Positions 7,583 to 17,422 are shown, counted from the first letter of the stretch. The stretch is DNA of 32,865 nucleotides from Candidatus Nomurabacteria bacterium (GCA_943354645.1 CALRCO010000003.1:1-32865), one strand, 5' to 3'. The notes: generated by a model not told the origin, from the sequence alone. A program made the numbers and translations.

Positions 7583-8500
7583 ATGTGGCGAACAATTCGT
7601 AGAGTAATCAGATCAGGATTCATAAACTTTTGGAGAAATGGTGCTGTTTCGATTGCGTCATTTTTAGTGATGACGGTGACGCTTTCTGTGGTGACGGGAA
7701 TATTGCTTTCACAGGCTGTCCTTGAAAATTCTCTTACACAAATAGAATCAAAGGTTGATATCACGGTCTATTTCACCACAGTTGCACAAGAAAATGATAT
7801 TTTAGATTTAAAAGGCCGTATCGAAAAATTGCCGGAAGTAAAAGAAGTGAGTTATGTATCGCGCGACCAAGCACTCGAAGATTTTAAAACAAAACATTCT
7901 GGCGATTACCTCACGCTCCAAGCCCTCGATGAAATTGGTGAAAATCCATTGGGTGCTCTGCTTAATATCCGCGCAAAAACACCAGCAGAATATGAAGGGG
8001 TAGCAAAATTTCTAGAAAACACATCAGCACTCTCATCGGGTGGGGCATCTATTGTTGATAAAATAAATTACAATCAAAACAAAGTAGTGATTGACCGACT
8101 TACGAATATCATTGCTGGGGCACGACAACTTGGACTTATTATTACCCTTGTCCTTGTTATTATTTCTATTCTCATTTTGTTTAATACGATCAGTCTTACT
8201 ATTTTCTTTGCTCGCGAAGAGATCAGCGTCATGCGCCTTGTTGGTGCAGAGAATAAATACATCCGCGGTCCATTTATGATCGAAGGTATTATTTACGGGG
8301 TATTGTCAGCCATATTTACAGGACTTGCCTTTATTCCAATTACTATGTGGCTTGGTACAAAAATGACTGCGTTTCTAGGGCTTGATTTATGGGCATATTA
8401 TCGGGCAAATTGTCTACAATTATTCGTCATTACGCTTATCGCGGGCGCGCTCCTCGGGGTCATTGCTAGTTTCTTGGCAACAAAACGATATTTAAGGTAA
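7583..8500 (+). CDS. ftsX: cell division permease FtsX
   Basis: 4-TM pattern, ENPL, NTISLTI..REEISVMRLVGA..YIRGPFMIEG. Confidence 0.93.
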   Translation: MWRTIRRVIRSGFINFWRNGAVSIASFLVMTVTLSVVTGILLSQAVLENSLTQIESKVDITVYFTTVAQENDILDLKGRIEKLPEVKEVSYVSRDQALEDFKTKHSGDYLTLQALDEIGENPLGALLNIRAKTPAEYEGVAKFLENTSALSSGGASIVDKINYNQNKVVIDRLTNIIAGARQLGLIITLVLVIISILILFNTISLTIFFAREEISVMRLVGAENKYIRGPFMIEGIIYGVLSAIFTGLAFIPITMWLGTKMTAFLGLDLWAYYRANCLQLFVITLIAGALLGVIASFLATKRYLR

Positions 8501-8511
8501 TATAGACAGAT

Positions 8512-10161
8512 ATGAAAAAAAGTCCGCAATACATTTTTGTAGTTGGTGGCGTAATTTCCGGAGTAGGGAAAGGGATAACGACCTCCTCGATTGCAAAAAT
8601 TTTAGCGGACCGCGGCCTCACTGTCACTGCTATCAAAATCGACCCCTATGTCAACGTCGACGCAGGCACTATGAACCCCACCGAGCACGGTGAGGTTTTT
8701 GTTTTGCATGATGGTGATGAGACCGATCAAGACATGGGTAACTACGAGCGATTTTTGAACACAACATTGTCGCGCGACAACTATATGACAACTGGTCGTG
8801 TGTATCAGAGTGTGATTGATCAAGAGCGCAGTCTCAAATTTAAAGGTAAGTGTGTCCAAGTGGTACCCCATATTCCAATGGAAGTGATTGCGCGTATCAA
8901 ACGCGCACAAGAAAAAGCGAATGCAGATGTGGTGGTGATAGAAGTAGGCGGGACAGTAGGCGAATATGAAAATATTTTATTTCTTGAAGCAGCGCGCATG
9001 CTTGCTATTGGAACACCAAAGTCTGTGCATTATGTGATGGTGTCATATCTGCCAATCCCGTCGAAAGTCGGGGAGATGAAAACAAAACCAACACAGCATG
9101 CAGTGCGTGCGCTCAACGCATCCGGTATCCAACCAAATATAATCATTGCGCGCAGTGAAAAACCTCTTGATGAAAAACGAAAAGAAAAGTTATCATTTTT
9201 CTGTAATATTTCTGCCGACAGAATTATTTCTGCACCAGATATCGACAGTGTGTATGATGTGCCAATCAATTTCGAAAAAGAAGGATTGGGGGATCTTTTG
9301 CTTGCAGACATGGGGATGAAGAGAACAGGCGGTGAGCGATTAAAAGGGTGGAGTGCCTTTGCGAAAAAAGTGCATACGGTGAAAAAAGAAGTTCGAATTG
9401 CGGTTGTGGGAAAATATTTTGATACAGGAAAATTTGTGCTGACGGATTCGTATTTGTCCGTGATTGAAGCAATAAAATATTCTGCGTATCAAGAAGGACG
9501 AAAACCCGTGCTCGAGTGGCTCTCCGCAGAATCATTTGAAAAAGATTCGAAACAATTAAAAAAATTGAGTAAGTACGACGGTATTTTAATTCCAGGAGGA
9601 TTTGGTACTCGCGGTATTGCCGGTAAACTTGCCGTGATCAAATATGCACGCGAGCATAAGATTCCATATTTTGGCTTGTGTTACGGTATGCAATTGTTGG
9701 TTATCGAATATGCGCGCAGTGTGCTTGGTTTAAAAGACGCATCATCGCGAGAAATTGATCCGAAAAGTAGTAATTTAGTCATCGATACGATTCCCGAACA
9801 AGTACAAAAATTAGCAGACGGCAATTATGGTAACAGTATGCGGTTGGGCGAATGGCGCGCAAAACTCACGAAAGGAACAATTGCATATGATGCCTATAAA
9901 TCTAGCACCATCACCGAGCGTCATCGTCATCGGTACGAAGTAAATCCTGAATATGTCGATCAGCTAAAAGAAAAAGGTCTTATATTTTCAGGTACGTCTA
10001 TGGATGGATCTTTGATGGAAATTGCTGAATTGCCGAAAAAGGCACATCCCTTTTTTCTCGCCGTGCAATTTCATCCGGAATTCCTCGCACGGCCGCTTAG
10101 CCCGCACAAACTTTTTACTGCCTTTGTTAAAGCTTGTGTGAAAAAAAGTAAAAATACTTAA
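8512..10161 (+). CDS. pyrG: CTP synthase
   Basis: GGVISGVGKG, KIDPYVNVDAGTM, KTKPTQH, GLCYGMQ, ERHRHRYE, QFHPEF. Confidence 0.98.
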   Translation: MKKSPQYIFVVGGVISGVGKGITTSSIAKILADRGLTVTAIKIDPYVNVDAGTMNPTEHGEVFVLHDGDETDQDMGNYERFLNTTLSRDNYMTTGRVYQSVIDQERSLKFKGKCVQVVPHIPMEVIARIKRAQEKANADVVVIEVGGTVGEYENILFLEAARMLAIGTPKSVHYVMVSYLPIPSKVGEMKTKPTQHAVRALNASGIQPNIIIARSEKPLDEKRKEKLSFFCNISADRIISAPDIDSVYDVPINFEKEGLGDLLLADMGMKRTGGERLKGWSAFAKKVHTVKKEVRIAVVGKYFDTGKFVLTDSYLSVIEAIKYSAYQEGRKPVLEWLSAESFEKDSKQLKKLSKYDGILIPGGFGTRGIAGKLAVIKYAREHKIPYFGLCYGMQLLVIEYARSVLGLKDASSREIDPKSSNLVIDTIPEQVQKLADGNYGNSMRLGEWRAKLTKGTIAYDAYKSSTITERHRHRYEVNPEYVDQLKEKGLIFSGTSMDGSLMEIAELPKKAHPFFLAVQFHPEFLARPLSPHKLFTAFVKACVKKSKNT

Positions 10162-10244
10162 ACTAATTAACATTTAGGTGTATTTTACCCATTCTTTTGA
10201 AATAAAAGTGGTACAATAGGTGTATATAAATAAGTACGAATACT

Positions 10245-10604
10245 ATGCACACGCCGCCTCCTTACAAAGAAGAACGACCTTGGGGTTCATTCGAACGATT
10301 TGCCAATAATGAGCAAGTTACCGTTAAATTACTTACCATAAAAGCCGGTGAGGCATTTAGTTTGCAGTCACACAAAATGCGTGATGAGTTTTGGCGAGTA
10401 ATTAGCGGTGATGGATTTATTACACTTGGTGAGGAACGAGTACCGATTGTTGTCGGAAGTGATTATAGTGCGCCACGAGGTACCAAACACCGAGTTGAAG
10501 CTGGAATGACAGACGTACTTATGCTCGAAATAGGACGAGGAAATTTTGATGAACAAGATATTATTCATTTTGAAGATCGGTATGGTCGCACTGATCCGCA
10601 ATAA
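10245..10604 (+). CDS. stand-alone type II mannose-6-phosphate isomerase cupin
   Basis: ERPWG, SLQSH..RDEFW, KHR, EQDIIHFEDRYGR match the C-terminal cupin of ManC/PMI-II. Confidence 0.88.
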   Translation: MHTPPPYKEERPWGSFERFANNEQVTVKLLTIKAGEAFSLQSHKMRDEFWRVISGDGFITLGEERVPIVVGSDYSAPRGTKHRVEAGMTDVLMLEIGRGNFDEQDIIHFEDRYGRTDPQ

Positions 10605-10626
10605 CTTTTAATTTACTGTAGGATTC

Positions 10627-11724
10627 ATGTCGCTCCTTGCAACAATTATTGTCGTCATCATCTTTAACACCATAGTGGCTGTTGCTGCGCTTATGCTTTT
10701 TGATATGTATAAGCAGTCAGCAAAGAAGTCTACTAAAAAACAAAATAGTGTCGAGCGACATCACAAAAATCCTGTGCTCGCACCTCACCCTGATCATCCA
10801 TGGGAATCGTACAGCACCTTTAATCCAGGTGCAGTGTTGGATGATGATGAGCAAGTGCACTTACTCTATCGTGCGATGGGTGATGATGGGGTTTCGCGTA
10901 TGGGGTATAGTAAAAGTGAGGACGGGTTTCATTTTGGTGAAAAAATCGGTTATCCGGTATTTTCTATGCAGAGTCCACGAAAAATGCATCCAACCATAAT
11001 CAGACGTCCTGACCCAGTGATGTATCCATCTGGAGGAAGTTGGGGAGGATGTGAAGATCCACGCATTGTGCGCATTGGCGATACCATATATGTTACCTTC
11101 AATGCATTTGATGGGTGGGATTTTATTCGCATGGGGTGCGTCTCTATTAATGCAAAAGATTTTTTTGAGAAAAAATGGAACTGGAGCCAGCCGATGCTTA
11201 TCTCACCGCCAGGTGAGTTGCATAAAAACTGGGTATTATTTCCAGAAAAAATTAATGGCAAATTTGCAATTCTCCACAGTATTTATCCAGAGATTTCTAT
11301 TGAGTATGTAAATCGTCTTGAAGATCTTGCAAGTGGTGTACAGGTCATCAAAAGCCCTTGGAAAGACCGTATTCCCAGAGATAGTTGGGATACTTGGCTC
11401 CGAGGCGCAGGACCACCACCATTACGCACTGAGCGCGGGTGGCTCGTCTTGTATCACGCTATGGATGCGTCTGATCCTAATCGCTACAAGTTGGGAGCTT
11501 TTTTGCTTGATTTCCATGATCCAACTAAAATTCTTGCTCGCGCACCGGAACCGCTCCTTGTGCCTGATATGTGGTATGAAAACGCAGAGCCCGGCATTGT
11601 CTATGTGTGTGGTGCACTCATTAAAAAAGATACTCTTTTTATCTATTACGGTGGTGGTAATAAATATGTCTGTGTTGCAACGGCGCCACTTGATCATATT
11701 CTCAATAAATTAGTCGCAGTGTGA
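10627..11724 (+). CDS. GH130-family glycosidase/phosphorylase with N-terminal TM anchor
   Basis: NPVL..WE...FNPGA, LLYRA, GCEDPR, KNWVLFPEKINGK, GWLVLYH, IYYGG. Confidence 0.88.
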   Translation: MSLLATIIVVIIFNTIVAVAALMLFDMYKQSAKKSTKKQNSVERHHKNPVLAPHPDHPWESYSTFNPGAVLDDDEQVHLLYRAMGDDGVSRMGYSKSEDGFHFGEKIGYPVFSMQSPRKMHPTIIRRPDPVMYPSGGSWGGCEDPRIVRIGDTIYVTFNAFDGWDFIRMGCVSINAKDFFEKKWNWSQPMLISPPGELHKNWVLFPEKINGKFAILHSIYPEISIEYVNRLEDLASGVQVIKSPWKDRIPRDSWDTWLRGAGPPPLRTERGWLVLYHAMDASDPNRYKLGAFLLDFHDPTKILARAPEPLLVPDMWYENAEPGIVYVCGALIKKDTLFIYYGGGNKYVCVATAPLDHILNKLVAV

Positions 11725-11753
11725 TACAATTTTATTAGCATTTTATTTTTTCT

Positions 11754-13634
11754 ATGTTTACTATTAAACGAGATACGCACAATCCACTCTTATCACCACG
11801 TAACGAACGTGATTTTGAAGCAGCGGGTGCATTTAATTGGTCGCCTGCGATTGAAGGAGATACAACGTATGTAGTGTATCGTGCACAAGGTGACCCCATG
11901 TTCCATGAAGGTATTCGTATGTCGCTCTCTTCAATTGCTATTGCTGAGAGTATAGATGGCACTCATTTTACAGATCGCCGACAATATATAAAACCAGAAG
12001 AGGAATGGGACAAGTTTGGTTGTGAAGATCCACGAGTCACGCGTATCGGTGATACAAATTATATTTTTTATACAGGACTTTCAGAGTACCCATTTGGGCC
12101 TAATGGTATTCGCATTGCGATGGTCAAAGCGGATAAAAACATGAAGATTTTAGAGAAACATCCTGTCACGCCATTTAATGCAAAAGCGATGGGACTTTTT
12201 CCTAAAAAAATAAATGGCAAATTTGCCGCATTGCTCACCCCAAACACCGATCTTCCACCATCAGATATTTGCTACGTTGAATTTACGAAAGAATCCGATA
12301 TGTGGTCACAAGAATTTTGGGACAAGTGGTACGCAGATCTCGCATCTCATGTCGTACCGCTTCGCAGAGGTGACAATGACCATGTTGAGCTCGGTGCACC
12401 ACCAGTCTATACCTCAAAAGGGTGGCTCGTGATTTACTCGCACATTCAAAACTATCGCGGAGGCGGAACGCCGACATTCGGTATTGAATTTGTATTGCTT
12501 GATTTAAAAAATCCGCAGAAAATTATTGGACGTACGAAAGGTTCGGTATTTGCCCCAGAGGAGCATTATGAAAAAGTTGGTCATGTTGGCAATATCGTGT
12601 TTCCATCAGGCGCGCTCGTACGAGGTAAAATATTAGAAATATATTATGGTGCCGCAGATACACATTGCTGTATTGCTCGTGCAAATCTCGGCAAGGTAGT
12701 AGATGCACTGTTGCGCAAAGAAGAATTATTTACGCGTAGCCGTCACAATCCAATCCTTGCCCCACGTGAGGGTATCGCATTTGAAGCGCATGGTGCAATA
12801 AATCCTGCAGTGGTTGATATTGATGGCACGATGCATATTTTGTATCGAGCAATTTCAAATGACAATGTCTCGACAGTTGGCTATGCGACAAGTAAGGACG
12901 GGCTCACGATTGACGAGTGCTTCAAAGAACCAATTTATCTTCCTCGGGCAGATTTTGAAAAGCCAGGTGGTTGTGAAGATCCTCGTACGGTGATTGTTGA
13001 TGAGAGAATAATCATGATGTATACCGCATTTGATGGCAATAATGCGCGCGTTGCGGTCACTTCGATTGCAGTAACAGATTTTCTTAAGAAGAAATGGAAT
13101 TGGGAAATGCCGATTAAATTAACGATTCCCGGAGTCTTCGACAAAGATGGTGGCATGATTCCGAAAAAATTTAATGGCAAGTATTTTGTCTTTCATCGCA
13201 TTGATGACAATATTTGTGGTGACTTTGTCGACTCGCTTGATTGGAAAGATGAATCGATTAATACCTGTATTCCATTACTACATCCACGTCCTGGTATGTG
13301 GGATGGTGCAAAAGTGGGGATTGCAGGGCCTCCGATTGAAACAAAAGAAGGATGGTTACTTCTCTATCACGGTGTCTCACCAACACGACATTATCGCGTG
13401 GGGGCAATATTGCTTGATCTTAAAGATCCAACAAAAGTATTGGCCCGAACCGCGACACCTCTTTTTGAACCAAAAGAAAAATATGAATTAGAGGGGGCAA
13501 TGTCCGGCGTTGTCTTTCCGTGTGGTGTTGTTGCTCGCGGTAAGACTATGTTTGTTTATTACGGCGCGGCAGATTTGGTGACCGGCGCAGCAACGGCAGA
13601 TATTAAAACTATTTTAGACACGCTTTCACTTTAA
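11754..13634 (+). CDS. tandem two-domain GH130-family glycosidase/phosphorylase
   Basis: Motif set NP(L/I)L.P, YRA, GCEDPR, GWL..Y, VFP.G, YYGAAD occurs twice. Confidence 0.9.
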   Translation: MFTIKRDTHNPLLSPRNERDFEAAGAFNWSPAIEGDTTYVVYRAQGDPMFHEGIRMSLSSIAIAESIDGTHFTDRRQYIKPEEEWDKFGCEDPRVTRIGDTNYIFYTGLSEYPFGPNGIRIAMVKADKNMKILEKHPVTPFNAKAMGLFPKKINGKFAALLTPNTDLPPSDICYVEFTKESDMWSQEFWDKWYADLASHVVPLRRGDNDHVELGAPPVYTSKGWLVIYSHIQNYRGGGTPTFGIEFVLLDLKNPQKIIGRTKGSVFAPEEHYEKVGHVGNIVFPSGALVRGKILEIYYGAADTHCCIARANLGKVVDALLRKEELFTRSRHNPILAPREGIAFEAHGAINPAVVDIDGTMHILYRAISNDNVSTVGYATSKDGLTIDECFKEPIYLPRADFEKPGGCEDPRTVIVDERIIMMYTAFDGNNARVAVTSIAVTDFLKKKWNWEMPIKLTIPGVFDKDGGMIPKKFNGKYFVFHRIDDNICGDFVDSLDWKDESINTCIPLLHPRPGMWDGAKVGIAGPPIETKEGWLLLYHGVSPTRHYRVGAILLDLKDPTKVLARTATPLFEPKEKYELEGAMSGVVFPCGVVARGKTMFVYYGAADLVTGAATADIKTILDTLSL

Positions 13635-13636
13635 TT

Positions 13637-14395
13637 ATGGATCACATTTCTCCTGCGAATATTAAGTTGGTTGTCTTTGATATAGATGGCACGCTTGCAC
13701 CAAGTAAAAGCCCTGTTGAGCACGACATGGCGTTGTTACTCGCACAATTATTGAACAAAAAATTAGTTGCCGTTATGTCAGGTGGTTCTTATAAGCAAAT
13801 TAGTGAACAATTTGTTGCGTCGTTACCTACAGATATCGATTACAAAAATCTATTTATTTTTCCAACGTGTGGGACAAGTATGTATACATTTGAACAGGGA
13901 ATATGGAAGGAACGATATGCAGATCATTTTGAGAGTGAAGAAAAAAAGATGATTATGGATGCACTTAAACAAGCACTCGATGGAGCAGGATACGTACAAC
14001 CAGCGCAAATATTTGGGGAGATTATCGAAGACCGTGATTCACAGATTACTTTTTCTGCACTTGGTCAATTAGCACCGCTTGATTTAAAATCTACATGGGA
14101 TCCAGATCGATCAAAACGCGCGCATATTATCGAACTCCTTCAATCAAATATCCCAGGATTTGAAGCACGAATTGGTGGGACAACCTCTATCGATATTACT
14201 CGCACGGGGCGTGATAAAGCATTTGGTATTGACGCAATTGTCCGCGAACTCGGTGTACCTATTTCCGAAATGGTTTTTGTCGGCGATTCTCTCGGTGCTG
14301 GTGGAAATGATGAGTCCGTGAAAAAGACAGGCATCGCTACTGTCGCCGTTGCTGATCCTGATGAGACCGCTGTGTTTATCAAAACATTTTTGTAA
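13637..14395 (+). CDS. HAD-IIB hydrolase, eukaryotic-type phosphomannomutase-like
   Basis: FDIDGTL, IEDRDSQITFSALG, IGGTTSIDI..G.DK, FVGD..GGND. Confidence 0.85.
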   Translation: MDHISPANIKLVVFDIDGTLAPSKSPVEHDMALLLAQLLNKKLVAVMSGGSYKQISEQFVASLPTDIDYKNLFIFPTCGTSMYTFEQGIWKERYADHFESEEKKMIMDALKQALDGAGYVQPAQIFGEIIEDRDSQITFSALGQLAPLDLKSTWDPDRSKRAHIIELLQSNIPGFEARIGGTTSIDITRTGRDKAFGIDAIVRELGVPISEMVFVGDSLGAGGNDESVKKTGIATVAVADPDETAVFIKTFL

Positions 14396-14405
14396 AACAT
14401 ATAAA

Positions 14406-14446
14406 ATTAAAAAGAGCGGCGCCCTACGGGCGCCGCTCTTTTTAAT
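14406..14446. terminator. bidirectional terminator, copy 1 of an identical 41-bp palindrome
   Basis: attaaaaagagcggcgccc-tac-gggcgccgctctttttaat. Confidence 0.85.
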
Positions 14447-14477
14447 TATTTAAAGCGTTTCAAGAATGCTTTATTGT

Positions 14478-14657
14478 TTAATTTGCACCACTTGGTGATC
14501 CTGACGAATCGCCTGCGGGCATCTTGAGTTCGATGTTCACGCCACCATTATCACTTACAGGTTTCTTGTGGGAGGTAAACCACCAGACACCAACACCGAC
14601 AATGATTACTAAGATGATAACGAGAAGGGTCGTATTGGTACCTGAATTATTTTCCAT
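14478..14657 (-). CDS. 59-aa single-TM protein, not in ORF track
   Basis: MENNSGTNTTLLVIILVIIVGVGVWWFTSHKKPVSDNGGVNIELKMPAGDSSGSPSGAN*. Confidence 0.75.
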   Translation of the reverse strand: MENNSGTNTTLLVIILVIIVGVGVWWFTSHKKPVSDNGGVNIELKMPAGDSSGSPSGAN

Positions 14658-14680
14658 AAAATAGAGTGATTAGTTACTAA

Positions 14681-15091
14681 TTACTGAGACACTTTTTTCA
14701 CCTTTCGTATTGTTTTCTTTGCAGCTTTTTTCATCGCAGTGCCAGCACTACGAGACGCTTTTTTGCCTGCGTGTTTTGCGATACCACGCCATTCTTTTTT
14801 TATATTTTGTACCGCGAGTGCAAGTTCTGCAGGAGCGATATGTTTAGCTTTTTTATACGTGGCTTCGACATCATGCACTATCTTTTCAAAGACCGGAGCG
14901 GTCACTTCTTTTGCCGTCTCCATTTTTTCGATAATCTCACCTTTCATTTTTACCACCCACCCTTTGATGTTTTTTCTGTTCGCTTTTCCTTTAGGGCCAA
15001 ACAATAAGTATGCGGCAGCCGACAATGCAGCAACGCTTGCTAGTGCGACGACAGTACTTCCTCCCGAGAATGATTTTTTTGCCATATACAT
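14681..15091 (-). CDS. hypothetical membrane-anchored basic protein (YtxH-like layout)
   Basis: Hydrophobic Ala-rich N-terminus then LFGPKGK..R; Lys/Ala-rich tail. Confidence 0.7.
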   Translation of the reverse strand: MYMAKKSFSGGSTVVALASVAALSAAAYLLFGPKGKANRKNIKGWVVKMKGEIIEKMETAKEVTAPVFEKIVHDVEATYKKAKHIAPAELALAVQNIKKEWRGIAKHAGKKASRSAGTAMKKAAKKTIRKVKKVSQ

Positions 15092-15141
15092 TTCTTGGTT
15101 ATCTGGTAATACAGTCAGTATACGCTTTTTTCTTGCAGAAA

Positions 15142-15387
15142 CTATTTTTTATGGCGCTTTTTTGCAAACAATAGATTAAAAACCACACTCTCTCGAACTT
15201 TCGCGCCAAGTGCGGCAACTTCGTCGCTTGCGTGTTCAACTTTTTCTTTCAGGAGTGCAGTCGATGCACGCACATCATGAAGGATGCGAATCAAATAATA
15301 GAGCGCGATACTGCCTAATAGGGTAAAAATAATAACCGCGATAGTCGTGATAAAGAAAAAGATGTTTGCCTGAGCGAGTGTTTCCAT
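15142..15387 (-). CDS. small single-TM coiled-coil protein (DUF948/YtxG-like layout)
   Basis: One long TM then amphipathic helix; TATACT 6 nt before ATG. Confidence 0.7.
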   Translation of the reverse strand: METLAQANIFFFITTIAVIIFTLLGSIALYYLIRILHDVRASTALLKEKVEHASDEVAALGAKVRESVVFNLLFAKKRHKK

Positions 15388-15416
15388 GGGTATAGTATAG
15401 CAAGAATTGAAGACAT

Positions 15417-15457
15417 ATTAAAAAGAGCGGCGCCCGTAGGGCGCCGCTCTTTTTAAT
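15417..15457. terminator. terminator, copy 2 of the 41-bp palindrome (inverted loop)
   Basis: attaaaaagagcggcgccc-gta-gggcgccgctctttttaat. Confidence 0.85.
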
Positions 15458-15467
15458 GGTACAGCTA

Positions 15468-15620
15468 TTATGCTGCCGCTTCTTCCTTCACTTCTTCTAC
15501 TGGTGCAGCAACTTCTTCAGTTGCAACAGGAGCAGGATGTGCACAGTGTTCACACACCATAACACCGTCTACCATTTTCATCTCATTTCCACATGTAGGA
15601 CACTTTGTTGTTTCTTCCAT
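15468..15620 (-). CDS. 50-aa zinc-ribbon microprotein with acidic tail, not in ORF track
   Basis: MEETTKCPTCGNEMKMVDGVMVCEHCAHPAPVATEEVAAPVEEVKEEAAA*; double stop then terminator. Confidence 0.8.
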   Translation of the reverse strand: MEETTKCPTCGNEMKMVDGVMVCEHCAHPAPVATEEVAAPVEEVKEEAAA

Positions 15621-15684
15621 TGTATATTGGTTATTTAGTAAAAGAGCTTTGAGTATAGCATTGCTTTACTCAAATACCTATTCA

Positions 15685-16920
15685 TTAGTCGATAAAGGTG
15701 AGTGCTTTTCCTTTCTTGCCACCACGACCGGTACGGCCGATGCGGTGGATGTAATCATCATGGGTTGCAGGAATATCGTAGTTGATGACGTGAGAAATAT
15801 CTCTGACATCGATACCACGCGCCGCGACATCCGTTGCAACAAGAATTTGGATACCGTCGCCCTTGAATGCTTCGAGTGCGCGTGAACGTTTGCTTTGATT
15901 TTTGTCACCGTGAATTGATTCTGATTTGAAGCCTCGCGCAATCAAATCTTTGTGGAGTTTTTCAACGCCATGTTTTGTTTTGCCGAAAATAAGCACCTTA
16001 GAAAAATCAGTTTGAATCAAGAGGTCATGGAGTGCATCAATTTTATTTTTTCCTTTTTCAACACGCACGACATCTTGTTCAACAGACTTTGCGGTGTCGC
16101 CAGTTTTGACCGAAATGCTGATTGGATCGCGCAAGAAATCTTTGATAAGTGCTTCAACCTCGCGAGACATCGTTGCAGAGAAAAAGAGCGTGTGACGATC
16201 TTTTGGCATACGAGACATCATATATTTCATATCCGCGATAAATCCCATATCAAGCATGCGGTCTGCTTCATCAAGTACGACTGATTTAAAAGTCGAGAGA
16301 TCAAGCGCTTTGCGTTCCATTAAGTCTTTGATACGTCCTGGAGTGCCGATGACAAAGTTGTGTGAACGGCGAAGTCCTTGCAATTGTTTACCGATATATG
16401 AACCACCGACCGTACAGACAGAAAAAATACGAAGTCCTCGTGCGAAGCCGATCAATTCTTCTTCGATTTGCTGTGCGAGTTCTCGGGTTGGGACCACGAT
16501 GAGTACTTTTTCTGCTGGATTTTTAATCACCTTGTTTAAAAGGGGAATAAGAAATGCTGCCGTTTTACCGGTTCCTGTGTTTGCAATACCGACAATATCT
16601 TTTCCTTGCAAGATGTGCGGAATGGTCCGATCTTGAATCGGCGTCGGGACAGTGTATCCTTTCGTAATAATATTTTGCTTCAATCGTTCATCCACGAGAA
16701 AATCACTGAACATGTGTTCAGGTTTGAAATCTGGTATGACTTCAGTAATAACCGCTTTGTTGATATAGCGGGAGACGTCTATTTTACTACCGACGAAACG
16801 GCTACGGCCGCTTCCGCCGTTTCGCTTTCCTCCAAATGAAGAAGGTCGGCGACTAAAAGAGTTGCCACCACCTGTTGATGGTCGCTTTGCGAAATTGCTT
16901 CCGCCTTGTTTTTTATACAT
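15685..16920 (-). CDS. DEAD-box RNA helicase (411 aa from ATG 16920)
   Basis: PTPIQ, ANTGTGKT, PTRELA, TPGR, LDEADRMLDMGF, SAT, ARGID, HRIGRTGR. Confidence 0.97.
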   Translation of the reverse strand: MYKKQGGSNFAKRPSTGGGNSFSRRPSSFGGKRNGGSGRSRFVGSKIDVSRYINKAVITEVIPDFKPEHMFSDFLVDERLKQNIITKGYTVPTPIQDRTIPHILQGKDIVGIANTGTGKTAAFLIPLLNKVIKNPAEKVLIVVPTRELAQQIEEELIGFARGLRIFSVCTVGGSYIGKQLQGLRRSHNFVIGTPGRIKDLMERKALDLSTFKSVVLDEADRMLDMGFIADMKYMMSRMPKDRHTLFFSATMSREVEALIKDFLRDPISISVKTGDTAKSVEQDVVRVEKGKNKIDALHDLLIQTDFSKVLIFGKTKHGVEKLHKDLIARGFKSESIHGDKNQSKRSRALEAFKGDGIQILVATDVAARGIDVRDISHVINYDIPATHDDYIHRIGRTGRGGKKGKALTFID

Positions 16921-17070
16921 TATTGGTTCGGAGCCACTGTTAGAATATAAATGTAAGGTGGCTCGGTCTCGAAGTTTTCCAATAAAGACAAATAAATGTG
17001 CGTATTGCGCCTCTATATTTCTGAAGCAGTGCTTCTGAAACAAAAACTAATGAGATTTACTTACTCATCC

Positions 17071-17099
17071 ATAATAGCCTAAAACACGATTTTTGTCAA
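17071..17099 (-). promoter_or_regulatory. sigma70 promoter of helicase, about 145-nt 5' UTR
   Basis: Minus strand TTGACA, 17 nt, TATTAT. Confidence 0.7.
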
Positions 17100-17104
17100 A
17101 TTCC

Positions 17105-17422
17105 TTAGTTGAATTCAATTAAAATATCTCGGAAATTTTTAATTTTGTCATTTTTATCCAGTTCAATCTTTTCTTTTTTATATAGTGCGAGCCGCTCTTT
17201 CCGATGTGAAGGTGAGACCCAGATATGTCCATCTGCATACACAATCCGATGGAAGGGGATATTTTTGACGCCATTGTCATATGCTTTTCCCAAAATTGTT
17301 GTGATGCTTTGTGCGGCAATGCTACCTGCGCCTGCCGCACGTGCAATTCTGCCGTAGGTCGTCACTCGACCTTTTGGGATGCTTAATGCGATTTTGAGAA
17401 CGCGGTCGGAGAAGGTTTGCAT
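17105..17422 (-). CDS. MGMT-family alkyltransferase-like (ATL) DNA-binding protein
   Basis: IPKGRVTTYG.IA..AG and IPFHRIV, with no catalytic Cys. Confidence 0.85.
   Translation of the reverse strand: MQTFSDRVLKIALSIPKGRVTTYGRIARAAGAGSIAAQSITTILGKAYDNGVKNIPFHRIVYADGHIWVSPSHRKERLALYKKEKIELDKNDKIKNFRDILIEFN

Noticed and set aside
5518-11724. UGA recoding (genetic code 25, as in Gracilibacteria/Absconditabacteria)
   Set aside because: RF2 is present, conserved genes have no in-frame TGA, and TGA ends the ORF at 11722-11724.
16921-17043. ORF-track N-terminal extensions (helicase; also HNH 4861, secG 27239, rplJ 27780, 29046)
   Set aside because: They overlap promoters or UTR structure; downstream ATGs fit family N-termini and -10 spacing better.
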